Of a stretch of DNA of 64,000 nucleotides, positions 45,264-55,461 are shown in pieces (positions within the stretch are counted from its first letter, which is position 1; each line of letters starts with the position of its first letter). Origin of the DNA: Isoptericola halotolerans (GTDB lineage Bacteria > Actinomycetota > Actinomycetes > Actinomycetales > Cellulomonadaceae); assembly GCF_013149785.1 (NCBI RefSeq), contig NZ_JABEZU010000001.1, positions 186,001-250,000 on the forward strand, written 5' to 3'. The notes under the pieces were generated by a model that was not told the origin of the DNA, made no database searches, and saw only the letters and a list, made by a program, of their open reading frames with translations. The translations under genes were made by a program, and so were the position numbers.

Positions 45264-46912
45264 GTGCCGCCGTCGCCGCCCCGCCGACCACCCGTGGCGG
45301 GTCGACGCTCGCCGGGACCGGGCACCTCGTCCGGTTCATGCTGCGCCGCGACCGGGTGCGGCTGGCCGTGTGGACGGGCTCGCTCGTCGCCTTCTACGCC
45401 TACTTCACGTTCGCGCTCGACACCGTGTTCGCGGACCCCGCCTCCCAGCAGGGCCGCGCCGCCGTGATGGAGACCCCGGCGGGCATCGTCATGGGAGGCC
45501 CCGGGTATGGCCTCGACCACTACACCACCGGTGTGGCCATGGCCAACGAGGGCATCACCTGGGTCGTGCTCGCGCTGGCCATCTTCTCCATCCTGCACAT
45601 GGTGCGGCACACCCGCGCCGAGGAGGAGTCGAGCCGGTCGGAGCTGGTGCGGGCCGCCGTCGTCGGGCGCCATGCCCCGGCCGTGGCGGCCGCCACCACG
45701 CTGGTCGTCGCCCAGGCCGTCATCGCGGTGCTCTCCGCGCTGGCGATGGCCGCCGTCGGAGGCCTCGCGGTCGTCGACTCGTTCGCGATGACGGTGGGCT
45801 CGGCGCTCAGCGCGCTGGTCTTCGGCGGGGTGGCCCTGGTGGCGTGCCAGGTCACGGCGCACGCACGGGCCGCCACCGGCCTCTCGCTCGCCGTCTTCGG
45901 CGTGGCCTTCGCCGTCCGGGCCGTCGGCGACATGCAGGAGACCGGGGGGTCCGCGCTGTCCTGGCTCTCGCCGATCGCCTGGGCGCAGCAGACGCGTGCC
46001 TTCGTCGACCTGCGCTGGTGGCCGTTGCTGCTGTCCGTCGTCGCGACCGTCGCCCTGCTGTGGGTCGCGTCCGTCCTGGCGTCGCGCCGCGACTTCGGTG
46101 GCGGTCTCGTCGCCGACCGCCCGGGCCGGCCCGAGGCCCGCGCATCGTTGCGGGGACCGCTCGCGATGGCCTGGCTGCAGCAGCGCGGCGCCCTGCTGTG
46201 GAGCTGCCTCGGGCTGGGGCTGCTCTGGTTCGCCACCGGTACCCTCCTGCCGCAGATCGGGACGATGATCGGCGACGTCATCGCCGACAACCCCGTCGCC
46301 CAGCAGATCTTCGGCGCGGACCCCTCCCAGCTCTCGGTGTCGTTCGTCGGGGTGATGATCCTGTACGCCGCGCTGTGCTGCGCCGGGTACGCGATCGTCA
46401 TGTCCCAGCGACCCAAGGAGGAGGAGTCCTCGGGCCGCGGTGAGGTCGTGTTCTCCCACCCGGTGTCCCGGACCCGGTGGCTCGGGGCGCAGGCCGTGGT
46501 GGCCGGTCTCGGCACGGCGGTGCTGCTGGCGGTCAGCGTGTACGCCGTGTGGTTCGGCGCCGTCGTCGTCGACTTCCACGACCAGACGTTCGGCGACTAC
46601 TCGGTGGTGTTCTGGACCTATCTGCCGGCGCTGGCCGTGTACGTCGGGCTCGTCCTCGCCCTGTACGGCTGGGCGCCGCGGTTCACGGGCGCGGCCTGGG
46701 CGCTGCTCGCCTACACGTTCGTGGTGGGCATGTTCGGCAGCGTCTTCGAGATCCCCGACTGGGCCTACCGCATCTCGCCCTTCGACTGGGTGCCGGAGGC
46801 CTTCTCGGGCGAGGTCGCCGGCGGGGACGTCGCCATGCTGTGGGGTGTCGCCCTGGTGCTCGGGCTGCTCGGCTTCGTCGGGTTCCGGCGTAGGGACCTG
46901 ACGACCGGCTGA
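45260..46912 (+). CDS. ABC-2 type exporter permease (tetronasin-resistance-like)
   Basis: [29 protein letters not shown]; multi-TM. Confidence 0.85.
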   Translation: MSAAVAAPPTTRGGSTLAGTGHLVRFMLRRDRVRLAVWTGSLVAFYAYFTFALDTVFADPASQQGRAAVMETPAGIVMGGPGYGLDHYTTGVAMANEGITWVVLALAIFSILHMVRHTRAEEESSRSELVRAAVVGRHAPAVAAATTLVVAQAVIAVLSALAMAAVGGLAVVDSFAMTVGSALSALVFGGVALVACQVTAHARAATGLSLAVFGVAFAVRAVGDMQETGGSALSWLSPIAWAQQTRAFVDLRWWPLLLSVVATVALLWVASVLASRRDFGGGLVADRPGRPEARASLRGPLAMAWLQQRGALLWSCLGLGLLWFATGTLLPQIGTMIGDVIADNPVAQQIFGADPSQLSVSFVGVMILYAALCCAGYAIVMSQRPKEEESSGRGEVVFSHPVSRTRWLGAQAVVAGLGTAVLLAVSVYAVWFGAVVVDFHDQTFGDYSVVFWTYLPALAVYVGLVLALYGWAPRFTGAAWALLAYTFVVGMFGSVFEIPDWAYRISPFDWVPEAFSGEVAGGDVAMLWGVALVLGLLGFVGFRRRDLTTG

Positions 46913-47005
46913 CCATCCGGCCGAGGACCGCCGGGGCCGGGGTGTGGCGCAGGCCTCGCCCGGGCCCGGCGGCTCGCGGGGAGACCGGGGTTACCGTGGT
47001 CGGTC

Positions 47006-48439
47006 GTGAAGACACCTGATCTCGCGGCCCCGGCGGAGCCGCTCGCCCACGGGCTGCGCCCCCGGCACCTGACGATGATGGGCCTCGGGTCGGCGATCGG
47101 GGCCGGGCTGTTCCTCGGTTCCGGCGAGGCGATCGCGACCGCTGGTCCCGCCGTGCTCGTCAGCTACGCCATCGCCGGGGCGATCGTCGTCGCCGTGATG
47201 CGCATGCTCGCCGAGATGGCCTCCGCCCTGCCGGCGTCGGGCTCGTTCTCCGTCTACGCGGAGGTGGCGCTCGGCCGGTGGGCCGGGTTCCTGCTCGGCT
47301 GGCTGTACTGGTTCATGCTCATCATGGTGCTCGGCGTCGAGATCACCGGGGTCGCGGAGATCGTCACCGGGTGGTGGCCCGCCGTGCCGCAGTGGGTGGT
47401 CGCGGCGGCCGTCGTGGCGGTCTTCGGCGGGATCAACCTCATCGGCGTCAAGCAGTTCGGCGAGGCCGAGTTCTGGTTCGCCCTGGTCAAGGTCGCGGCC
47501 ATCGTCGCGTTCCTCGTCCTCGGCGCGCTCGTCGTCGTCGGGGTGATCCCGGTGGCGGGCAGCGTGCTCGGCGACTGGGCCGCGCACGGCGGCTTCGCGC
47601 CGGCCGGTGTCGGCGGCGTCGCGGCCGGGCTGCTCGCCGTCGCCTTCGCCTTCGGCGGTATCGAGATCGTCGCGATCGCCGCGGCCGAGGCTCGCGACCC
47701 CCGCGACGCCGTGGCCCGGGCCACCCGCACGATCCTGTGGCGCATCCTGCTGTTCTACATCGGCTCGGTGGCGATCATCGTCGCGCTCGTGCCGTGGGAC
47801 GACGCCGACGCCCTGACGTCCCCGTTCGTCGCCGTCCTGCAGCTCGCCGGGTTCGACGGCGCCGCGCGGCTCATGGAGGTCGTCGTCGTCCTCGCGCTGC
47901 TCAGCGCCTTCAACGCCCAGGTCTACGGCACCTCGCGCATGCTGTTCTCGCTGGGGGAGCGGCGCGACGCCCCGGCGGCGGCGACCCGGGTGTCGCGGCG
48001 CGACGTGCCGTGGGTGGCGGTGCTCGTGTCGGTGTTCTTCGGTGTCGTGGCGGTGCTGCTCAACTGGTTGCTGCCCGAGGTGCTGCTGTCCGTGCTGCTC
48101 AACGCCGTCGGCTCGGCGCTGTTCGTCGTGTGGCTGCTCATCACCCTCTCCCAGCTGCGGCTCCGACCCCGGCTGGAGGCCGAGGCGTCCCGCAGCGGCG
48201 AGCCGATGCGGCTGCGCATGTGGGGCTTCCCGTGGCTGACCTGGGTGACCCTGGCGGCTCTCGTCGGCCTCGCGGGGCTGATGCTCACCGACGGTGCCGC
48301 ACGGGCCCAGCTCGGCGCCACCGCCGGGCTGGTGGTCGTCATCCTCCTGGCCTACCTGGTGCTGCGTGCGCGGCGCTCGTCCCAGGACGGCCCGCCGCGG
48401 AAGGGTGTGCCGGACGGCGCGTCGCAGGTGGGAGCATGA
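47006..48439 (+). CDS. Amino acid permease (AAT/GabP-AroP family)
   Basis: LRPRHLTMMGLGSAIGAGLFLGSG, FGEAEFWFA, FAFGGIE. Confidence 0.92.
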   Translation: MKTPDLAAPAEPLAHGLRPRHLTMMGLGSAIGAGLFLGSGEAIATAGPAVLVSYAIAGAIVVAVMRMLAEMASALPASGSFSVYAEVALGRWAGFLLGWLYWFMLIMVLGVEITGVAEIVTGWWPAVPQWVVAAAVVAVFGGINLIGVKQFGEAEFWFALVKVAAIVAFLVLGALVVVGVIPVAGSVLGDWAAHGGFAPAGVGGVAAGLLAVAFAFGGIEIVAIAAAEARDPRDAVARATRTILWRILLFYIGSVAIIVALVPWDDADALTSPFVAVLQLAGFDGAARLMEVVVVLALLSAFNAQVYGTSRMLFSLGERRDAPAAATRVSRRDVPWVAVLVSVFFGVVAVLLNWLLPEVLLSVLLNAVGSALFVVWLLITLSQLRLRPRLEAEASRSGEPMRLRMWGFPWLTWVTLAALVGLAGLMLTDGAARAQLGATAGLVVVILLAYLVLRARRSSQDGPPRKGVPDGASQVGA

Positions 48440-49110
48440 GCGCTATGGGTGAGCTCCTTGCCGTCTGCCGTGTCCATCAGCTCCTGCCCGACGCAGGGTC
48501 CGTGGGCATCACCGCCATCGACAAGCGACCCGTCGAGGGACGGGTCAAGGCGGGCGCCTACGGCCTCTACGCCGACGTCCAGGCGGACCGTGCCCACCAC
48601 GGCGGACTCGACCAGGCGGTCTACGCCTACGCCGCCGAGGACGTCACGTTCTGGGAGCCGGAGCTCGGGCGGGAGATCCCCCCGGGTCTCTTCGGGGAGA
48701 ACCTGCGCACCCGGGGGCTGGACGTGTCCGGGGCGCTGATCGGGGAACGGTGGCGGATCGGCACGGTGGTGCTGGAGGTCACCCAGCCGCGCACTCCGTG
48801 CGCCACGTTCGCGCGTCGGCTCGGCTCCCCGCCCCGGTGGGTGCGCCGGTTCACCGAGGCGAACCGCACCGGTGCCTACCTGCGGGTCGTCGAGGCCGGT
48901 GAGCTGGGTGCGGGCGACGCCGTCGAGATCGTCTCCCGCCCCGCTCACGGCGTCTCCGCCGCGGACTGGTTCGGCACCTGGAGCGCCGGCGCCCCGGCGT
49001 TCGCCGCGGCAGCCCGGCTCGCCGGAGCGTTGCGGGAGTCGGCCGAGGCCGGCGAGGTGCGGCTCAGCGAGGACATGGACGTGCGCGTGACCAAGGCGCT
49101 GTCGCGCTGA
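48436..49110 (+). CDS. MOSC domain protein (YiiM-like)
   Basis: TAIDKRP, HHGG, FGENL, PRTPC, GAYLRV. Confidence 0.9.
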   Translation: MSAMGELLAVCRVHQLLPDAGSVGITAIDKRPVEGRVKAGAYGLYADVQADRAHHGGLDQAVYAYAAEDVTFWEPELGREIPPGLFGENLRTRGLDVSGALIGERWRIGTVVLEVTQPRTPCATFARRLGSPPRWVRRFTEANRTGAYLRVVEAGELGAGDAVEIVSRPAHGVSAADWFGTWSAGAPAFAAAARLAGALRESAEAGEVRLSEDMDVRVTKALSR

Positions 49111-49131
49111 GTCTCACCTGCGCGTCGAGCC

Positions 49132-49638
49132 TCACCCGATCCAGAGAGCACGGAGCGCCTGAGCGATCTGGCGGACGGGCCGGCCGTCGGTGTCGACGCG
49201 ATGGACGCTCGTGTCGGCCTGCGCTTCCAGGACGACTGCTGCCTTGCCGGAACGCTCGACGTGGGCCTGGAGGGACGCGCCGTCCTCCCGTCGCGACAGC
49301 CGCGATCGAACCTCCTCGTCCGACGCCGTGAGCAGGACCGACGTCACGCGAGGCCGGTCGCCCATGGCCGCTGCGAGCTCGGCGGCCTCGAGGATGGCGA
49401 CGGTGTTGGTGTAGACGAGGCGTCGGTAGCCGAGGTCGCGGTAGTTCGCCCAGACGGCTGCGAGGTTGCGGGCTGCCAGGCGGTGCTCCCACGGCGCGGG
49501 CCAGGCCAGGTCGAGAGCGTCGCCCTCGATCACCGCATGGCGGATCCCCTCGACGGACAGCAGGTCGTGCAGCGCGAACGCTGTCGAGGACTTCCCCGCG
49601 CCCGACCTGCCGGAGACCAGCAGCAGCTCTGTTTCCAC
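49132..49638 (-). CDS. Small P-loop kinase-like protein
   Basis: LLVSGRSGAGKSS, HAVIEGDALDLAWP; GTG 49638. Confidence 0.75.
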   Translation of the reverse strand: METELLLVSGRSGAGKSSTAFALHDLLSVEGIRHAVIEGDALDLAWPAPWEHRLAARNLAAVWANYRDLGYRRLVYTNTVAILEAAELAAAMGDRPRVTSVLLTASDEEVRSRLSRREDGASLQAHVERSGKAAVVLEAQADTSVHRVDTDGRPVRQIAQALRALWIG

Positions 49639-49784
49639 GGACCGGACTCTAGAGACCCTCGTCGGACGACCATCCGGCACGGCGCGGCACGGCGCGGAGC
49701 GGCGCGATGCAGCATGCGTCGTTGCTGGTGACGGTGCACGGGGAAGCCGATCCCTCTTGCGCCCGCCGAGAGCATTCACTACAG

Positions 49785-49800
49785 TCGAACACATGTTCGA
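49785..49800. promoter_or_regulatory. LexA (SOS) box overlapping the start of the DUF222/HNH gene
   Basis: TCGAAC-ACAT-GTTCGA, a perfect match to the actinobacterial consensus; -10-like TACAGT at 49780-49785. Confidence 0.85.
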
Positions 49801-51511
49801 AGACGACGCTTCCCTCCCGGCGCGGCACGCCGCCGGGTCTCGTCGTGCACGAGCAACAGGTCCCGGTGCGGGCGGTGCCCCGGCCGCACCGGGACCGACA
49901 CCTGCAGGCGGAGCGTCGTCGACATCCGGGACGGCCCAGCTCGTCGCCGACGACGGCACGCGGCTCGAGCGCGAGCTCGCCGACCTGCTCACGTTCCACG
50001 TCGCAGCCACGCACTCGTCCACAGCGTCCGAGCTGTGCGGTCCTGACGACGACGCCGCTGTCGACGCCGACAGCGATGGTCGGGTCGACGCCGGAGGCCG
50101 TGCGGTCGGCACCGGCACCGGCACCGGCACCAGGAGCGGCCTGCCGACCCACCTCGCGGCGCTCGACGCGCTGCTCGCGGACGGTCCGGGTCCGGCGCTC
50201 GCGGCGATGCTGGCGGGCTCGGAGCCCGCAGACCTCGACGACGCCTCCCTGGTGGAGCTGCTGGCCGCCTGGGAACGGCTGGCGGCGTGGGCGCAAGCAG
50301 GTTCCGCGGCGGTGCTCGGTGAGCTGCTCCAGCGCACGCGCGGCTCCTCGCGGCACGAGTACGTCGTCGACGAGGTCTCGGCCCGGCTCGGGCTGAGCCG
50401 GCATGCCGCCGCGCAGCACGTCGCGGTGGCGCACGGGTCGCACGCTGCTCCCGAGGTGGCGGACGCGATGGCCGCCGGGGTGGCCGACCGCCGCAAGGCT
50501 GAAGCACTCGTGTCCACGGGGCGTCTCGACGACCGCCGTCGACGCGAGGTCGTCCGCGAGCTCCGGCCCGATCTCGAGCACCTCACCGTCCGGCAGATCC
50601 GCGACCGGCTCCGTCGAGCGGAGATCGCCGCCGATCCGGACGGCGCCGCCGATCGCCACGAGACGGCGCGGCGCACCAGATCGGTGTCGATCGAGCCGGT
50701 CGACGACGCGATGGCCTACCTGACCGCCTACCTTCCGGCGGACGACGCGGCACGCGCGTTCGCGGCGATCGACGGCCTGGGGGTCGCGATGCACCGGACG
50801 GCAGGAGAGCAACGACGGCGCGACGAGTGCCGGGCCGACGCGTTCGTCGCCCTCGTCACCGGAGACGTCGCCGCCGGGGTCGCCGCTGCCCCGCCCGCTC
50901 CGCAGACTTCAGGCTCGCACCGCCCGGGCGGCGAGGCCCGGCCCGTCGACCGGACGCCGACCGGTCGGACGTCCCCTGTCCAGGTGACGATCGCGGCCTC
51001 GACCCTCCTCGGCACGGACGACCTCCCGGCGATCCTCGCCGGCTACGGTCCGATCCCCGCGCCGATGGCCCGCACCATCGCCACCGACCCGGAGGCCACC
51101 TGGCAGCGCATCCTCACCGACCCGGTCTCGGGCGTGCTGGCCGACCGTTCCTCCACGTCGTACCGGCCCAGCCCGCGGCTCCGTGCCGCGGTGATCGCCC
51201 GCGACGCGACGTGCACGTTCCCGGGCTGCCAGGTCCCGGCGTCGCGCGCCGACCTCGACCACGTCGTGCCGTTCGACCCGGGGAGTGACGGCCCCCAGAC
51301 CCACGGGGACAACCTCCACGCGCTGTGCCGCACCCACCATCGGGCCAAGACGACCGGGGGATGGACGGTGATCCGCGACCCGGCCACCGGCGTCAGCACC
51401 TGGACGTCGCCGACGGATCATCGCTACCTGAGCGAGCCGCACCGTGCGGACCCGGCCCCTGCCCGTCGTCGGCCGGGAGTGCCCCCTGACAGCGGCACAC
51501 CACCGTTCTGA
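49793..51511 (+). CDS. DUF222 / HNH endonuclease domain protein (13E12/REP-like)
   Basis: RADAFVAL, LAGYGPIP, YRPSPRLR..RDATCTFPGC..DLDHVVPF..NLHALCRTHHRAKT; ends PPF. Confidence 0.88.
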   Translation: MFEDDASLPARHAAGSRRARATGPGAGGAPAAPGPTPAGGASSTSGTAQLVADDGTRLERELADLLTFHVAATHSSTASELCGPDDDAAVDADSDGRVDAGGRAVGTGTGTGTRSGLPTHLAALDALLADGPGPALAAMLAGSEPADLDDASLVELLAAWERLAAWAQAGSAAVLGELLQRTRGSSRHEYVVDEVSARLGLSRHAAAQHVAVAHGSHAAPEVADAMAAGVADRRKAEALVSTGRLDDRRRREVVRELRPDLEHLTVRQIRDRLRRAEIAADPDGAADRHETARRTRSVSIEPVDDAMAYLTAYLPADDAARAFAAIDGLGVAMHRTAGEQRRRDECRADAFVALVTGDVAAGVAAAPPAPQTSGSHRPGGEARPVDRTPTGRTSPVQVTIAASTLLGTDDLPAILAGYGPIPAPMARTIATDPEATWQRILTDPVSGVLADRSSTSYRPSPRLRAAVIARDATCTFPGCQVPASRADLDHVVPFDPGSDGPQTHGDNLHALCRTHHRAKTTGGWTVIRDPATGVSTWTSPTDHRYLSEPHRADPAPARRRPGVPPDSGTPPF

Positions 51512-51529
51512 GCGTGTCAGGATGGGGTG

Positions 51530-52075
51530 ATGCAGACGCACACACCCGTCACGGCCGACCACGTCGTGACCTGCGACGACGCGGGGAACAAGACCGGGAC
51601 CGTCGCGCGTGCCGACGTCCACACCACCGACACGCCCCTGCACCTCGCGTTCTCCTGCTACCTGCTCGACGACGCCGGGCGTCTGCTGGTCACCCGGCGA
51701 GCCCTGGCCAAGCGGACCTGGCCCGGCGTCTGGACGAACTCGTTCTGCGGGCACCTGCGATGGACCGAGGCGACGGAGGACTCGTTGGTCCGGCACGCGG
51801 CGCACGAGCTGGGCGCCGAGGTGCGGGACGTCCAGGTCGTCCTGCCCGACTTCCGGTACCGCGCCGTGGATGCGTCCGGCATCGTCGAGAACGAGATCTG
51901 CCCCGTCTACACCGCACGCGTGGTCGGGGACGTGACACCCCACCCGGACGAGGTCTCGGAGCACGAGTGGGCACCGGTCGACCGGGTGCGTGCCGCGGTC
52001 GAGGCCGCGCCGTGGGCCTTCAGCCCGTGGATGGTGCGCCAGCTCTCCGAGATGCCGGCGTCACGGCTCGCCTGA
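51530..52075 (+). CDS. idi: Isopentenyl-diphosphate delta-isomerase type 1
   Basis: LHLAFSCYL, WPGVWTNSFCGH, ENEICPV. Confidence 0.93.
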   Translation: MQTHTPVTADHVVTCDDAGNKTGTVARADVHTTDTPLHLAFSCYLLDDAGRLLVTRRALAKRTWPGVWTNSFCGHLRWTEATEDSLVRHAAHELGAEVRDVQVVLPDFRYRAVDASGIVENEICPVYTARVVGDVTPHPDEVSEHEWAPVDRVRAAVEAAPWAFSPWMVRQLSEMPASRLA

Positions 52076-52106
52076 CGCCCGGCGCGGGCTGAAGGTCGGG
52101 GCGGAG

Positions 52107-52637
52107 TCAGCGCACCCGACGTCGCGGCTCGCGCGGCGGCCACTCGCCGTCGTCGGAGCCGTCGTCGGCGGCGAAGAGCAGCTCCTGCAGCCGGCGGTGC
52201 ACGTCCTCGACGTCGGGGACGTCCGGCAGGACCATGCCCTTCTTCTCCGTCGCGTCGGAGACCATGAGGGTCCCGCAGCCGAACAGGCGGTCGATGAGCC
52301 CCTTCTCCATCGCGACGTCGTTGATGCGGTACAGGGGGATGTCGCGGCCCACGCGGGTGAGCAGGCCGGAGCGCATGGCGATCCGCTGGTTGGTCACCGA
52401 GAACGACGTGGTCCGCCACTTCAGCCAGGGCAGGAACACCCAGACCGCCGTCACCAGCGCCAGCACGCCCAGTCCTGCCCACCGGCCAGGGCCCTCGGGC
52501 ACCAGCGTCATGACGGCGACGGCGCCGACCAGCACGCCGACCAGCACCACCGCCGGCCACACGAGGGCCTTCGGGTGCTCACGCAGCTCCATGACGACGT
52601 GCTCGCCGTCGATGAGGTTCTTCTCGCTCAGCGCCAT
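52107..52637 (-). CDS. Bacterial PH domain membrane protein
   Basis: REHPK, two TMs, WRTT.F.VTNQRI..RSGLL..IPLYRINDV. Confidence 0.85.
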   Translation of the reverse strand: MALSEKNLIDGEHVVMELREHPKALVWPAVVLVGVLVGAVAVMTLVPEGPGRWAGLGVLALVTAVWVFLPWLKWRTTSFSVTNQRIAMRSGLLTRVGRDIPLYRINDVAMEKGLIDRLFGCGTLMVSDATEKKGMVLPDVPDVEDVHRRLQELLFAADDGSDDGEWPPREPRRRVR

Positions 52638-52641
52638 GGCG

Positions 52642-53265
52642 TCATCCTGCCACCAGGTTCCACGCCTCGATCGTCGCCAGACCGTGCGAGGTGCCCAGCG
52701 AGCAGACGGCGGCCGTCCCGAGCTCGAGCCGGGCGCCGAACGACGGGTCGACGTCGAGCCATGCGGTGGCCAGGACGCGCAGCAGGTGCCCGTGCGCGAC
52801 GGCGAGGACGGTGCCGCCGTCGTCGAGCGTCGCGCGGGCGCGCGCCACGAAGCGGTCGGCACGCGCCCGGACGTCCGCGAGGAGCTCGCCCGGACCGGCG
52901 TCCCCGACCGGCAGGACGTCGACGCCGTCCCGGAAGATCTCGTAGTCACGGCCGAGCGCCCGGGAGACCTCGGCCGACGTGCGTCCCTCGACCGGGCCGT
53001 AGTCCCACTCGGCGAGATCGGGGTCGACGACGGCGTCGGCGAACCCGGCCAGCTCGGCCGTGCGCCGAGCGCGGAGCAGGGGCGAGCAGTACACGGCGGC
53101 GGGGGACAGCCCGGCCAGCCGTCGCCGTGCCCCCTGGGCCTCCCGTTCCCCGTCGGCCGTGAGGTCCAGGTCGGTGCGGCCGGTGTGCTTGCCGGCGGAC
53201 GACCAGAGCGTCTGCCCGTGCCGGAGCAGGACGAGGCGGGGCGTGTCCGAGGGAGGCAGGTCCAT
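52642..53265 (-). CDS. Histidine phosphatase family protein
   Basis: LLRHGQT, HTGRTD, SPLLRARRTA, EWDYG, AHGHLLR. Confidence 0.9.
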   Translation of the reverse strand: MDLPPSDTPRLVLLRHGQTLWSSAGKHTGRTDLDLTADGEREAQGARRRLAGLSPAAVYCSPLLRARRTAELAGFADAVVDPDLAEWDYGPVEGRTSAEVSRALGRDYEIFRDGVDVLPVGDAGPGELLADVRARADRFVARARATLDDGGTVLAVAHGHLLRVLATAWLDVDPSFGARLELGTAAVCSLGTSHGLATIEAWNLVAG

Positions 53266-53381
53266 GGTCCGATCGTCGCGCACATCCGCCCGGATGGTGG
53301 AGCAGGTCGCGCCGAGGCGACCGGATCTGCCATTCTTCACACGCTCGACACAACTCGGAACCTCGACGCTCGGAGCCCAGC

Positions 53382-53852
53382 GTGATCGTCTTCGTCCTCA
53401 TCGGTGCGGCCGGCCTGCTGCTGCTCCTGCTCTCCCTCGTCGTCGGCGAGCTCCTCGACATGGGAGACGGTGCGCTGTCCGGCACCTCGCTCGGGGTCGG
53501 TGCGGTCGTCTTCGGTGCCGTCGGGGCGATCGTGACGGTCAACGGACTACCCGTGTGGGTCGCCTACGCGGCGTCCGCCGTCGTCGGTCTGATCGCCGCC
53601 GGCCTCGCCCAGCTCATGATCCGGCGGCTCAGCGCCACCGAGGACAACGCCAGCATCTCGCTCGTCGGCGTGCAGGGCACGGCCGTCACGGACATCACGC
53701 AGGCTTCCGGCGAGGTGTCCCTGGACGCCGTCAGCGAGCTGGAGCGCCGCCTCGCGTGGTCGCTCGAGCCGATCGCCGAGGGCACCCGCATCGTCGTGCT
53801 CGAGCACCAGCCCAACAGCGTGCGCGTCGGGCCGTACCGGCCCGAGGCGTAA
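53382..53852 (+). CDS. NfeD-like membrane protein
   Basis: Three TMs plus OB-fold tail (SLVGVQG..GEVSL); upstream of flotillin. Confidence 0.8.
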   Translation: MIVFVLIGAAGLLLLLLSLVVGELLDMGDGALSGTSLGVGAVVFGAVGAIVTVNGLPVWVAYAASAVVGLIAAGLAQLMIRRLSATEDNASISLVGVQGTAVTDITQASGEVSLDAVSELERRLAWSLEPIAEGTRIVVLEHQPNSVRVGPYRPEA

Positions 53853-53893
53853 CGACCACCTCTCCCGGAAGGAGCCGCGCTCCGGCGCGCACC

Positions 53894-55363
53894 ATGACCG
53901 ACTCCAGCTTCGTGACCACCCTCGCGGTGGTCGCCATCCTCGTCGCGTTCCTCGCGGTGGGGATCTTCGTCGCCCAGCGCATCCGCCGGGTCCCGCCGAA
54001 CCAGGCACTCGTCATCGTCGGCCGAGGTGCCGGCCGCAAGGACGAGACCGGGCAGAAGGTCGTCATCGGCGGCCGGACGTTCGTCTGGCCGATCCTGCAG
54101 CAGGGCTTCGCGATCTCCCTGGAGCAGCGCCAGATCGGCATGACCGTCGAGGGCGTCGACTCCAACCGGATCAAGATCGCCATCAAGGCGTCGATCAACT
54201 TCAAGGTCCGGGGCGACGAGGAGGGTGTGCGCCGCGCGGCGCAGCGCTTCCTGTCCCAGCAGGAGCTCCTCACCGAGATCATCGCGGAGTCCCTCGAGGG
54301 CTCGCTGCGCTCCATCGTCGGCGACATGTCGATCGAGGAGATCATCTCCGACCGCAAGGGCCTGTCCGACCGGGTCGTCGAGTCGACCAAGAAGGACCTC
54401 GCCGAGCAGGGCCTGCAGGTCGACATCCTCAACATCTCCGACATCTCCACGCCCGGGTCGGACTACCTGGCCAACCTGGGCCGTGCCGAGTCGGCCCGTG
54501 CCCGCCAGGTCGCCGAGGTCTCCGAGGCCGAGGCGCAGCGCGCCTCGGAGTTCGCCGTCATCGAGGCGGCCGAGCAGATCGCCGAGCGGCAGAAGGCCCT
54601 CGACCTCAAGAAGGCCTCGATCAAGGCCGAGACCGACCGTGCCCAGGCGGAGGCGGACGCCTCCGGCCAGCTCGCCCGTGCCCAGCAGGACCGGCTCGTC
54701 GCGCAGCAGGAGCGCGAGGCGCTGTCGGAGAAGGCCCGCGTCGAGCAGGAGCGCCTCGACATCGAGGTCCGCAAGCCGTCCGAGGCCAAGGCGTACGCCG
54801 AGGTCCAGGAGGCCACCGCCCGCCGCGACTCGGAGAACGCGGCCACCGAGGCCGAGGCCTACAAGCGCAAGACCATCGCCGAGGCGAACAAGACCGCGGC
54901 GATCCAGGACGCCGAGGCGGCCGCGGAGTCCGTGCGTCGCTCCGGTGAGGCCGAGCGTGACCGTCAGGTGGCCCTGGCCGCCGGTATCCGGGCCGAGGGT
55001 GAGGCCCGTGCGGCCGCCATCGAGGCCGAGGGCCGCGCCGAGGCTGCGGCCACGGACGCCAAGGCCATCGCCCTCGAGAAGTACGGTGAGGCCGCGCTGG
55101 TCCAGGAGCTCATCGAGCGCCTGCCCGAGATCGTGCGGGCCGCCGCCGAGCCGATCGGCAGCATCCAGGGCATGACCGTCATCTCGACCGACGGCGCGTC
55201 CGCGATCACCAAGAACGTCAGCAGCGTCCTCGGCGAGGGCCAGGCCGTCGTCAAGGAGCTGACCGGCGTGGACATCAACCAGCTCATCGCCGGCATCGCG
55301 AACAAGGACGGCGGAGCCCAGTCCGTCGCCACCGCGTCGGCGACCAACGGCTCGACGAGCTGA
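53894..55363 (+). CDS. Flotillin / SPFH domain protein
   Basis: PNQALVIVGR, LEGSLRSIVG, EA-rich coiled coil, LPEIVRAAAEP..ISTDG. Confidence 0.92.
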   Translation: MTDSSFVTTLAVVAILVAFLAVGIFVAQRIRRVPPNQALVIVGRGAGRKDETGQKVVIGGRTFVWPILQQGFAISLEQRQIGMTVEGVDSNRIKIAIKASINFKVRGDEEGVRRAAQRFLSQQELLTEIIAESLEGSLRSIVGDMSIEEIISDRKGLSDRVVESTKKDLAEQGLQVDILNISDISTPGSDYLANLGRAESARARQVAEVSEAEAQRASEFAVIEAAEQIAERQKALDLKKASIKAETDRAQAEADASGQLARAQQDRLVAQQEREALSEKARVEQERLDIEVRKPSEAKAYAEVQEATARRDSENAATEAEAYKRKTIAEANKTAAIQDAEAAAESVRRSGEAERDRQVALAAGIRAEGEARAAAIEAEGRAEAAATDAKAIALEKYGEAALVQELIERLPEIVRAAAEPIGSIQGMTVISTDGASAITKNVSSVLGEGQAVVKELTGVDINQLIAGIANKDGGAQSVATASATNGSTS

Positions 55364-55388
55364 CGTCAGGCAGACCGCGCAGAGCGCA

Positions 55389-55426
55389 GAGGGCCCGCAC
55401 GATCCGGACGGATCGTGCGGGCCCTC
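55389..55426. terminator. Hairpin between convergent flotillin and RNase H-like genes
   Basis: GAGGGCCCGCACGATCCG-GA-CGGATCGTGCGGGCCCTC. Confidence 0.7.
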
Positions 55427-55461
55427 GCACGTGCGCTCGTTCGCCGGGGCCGGCGGGCCCG

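Noticed and set aside
53382..55363. NfeD-flotillin pair as a novel system
   Set aside because: Well-known conserved operon.
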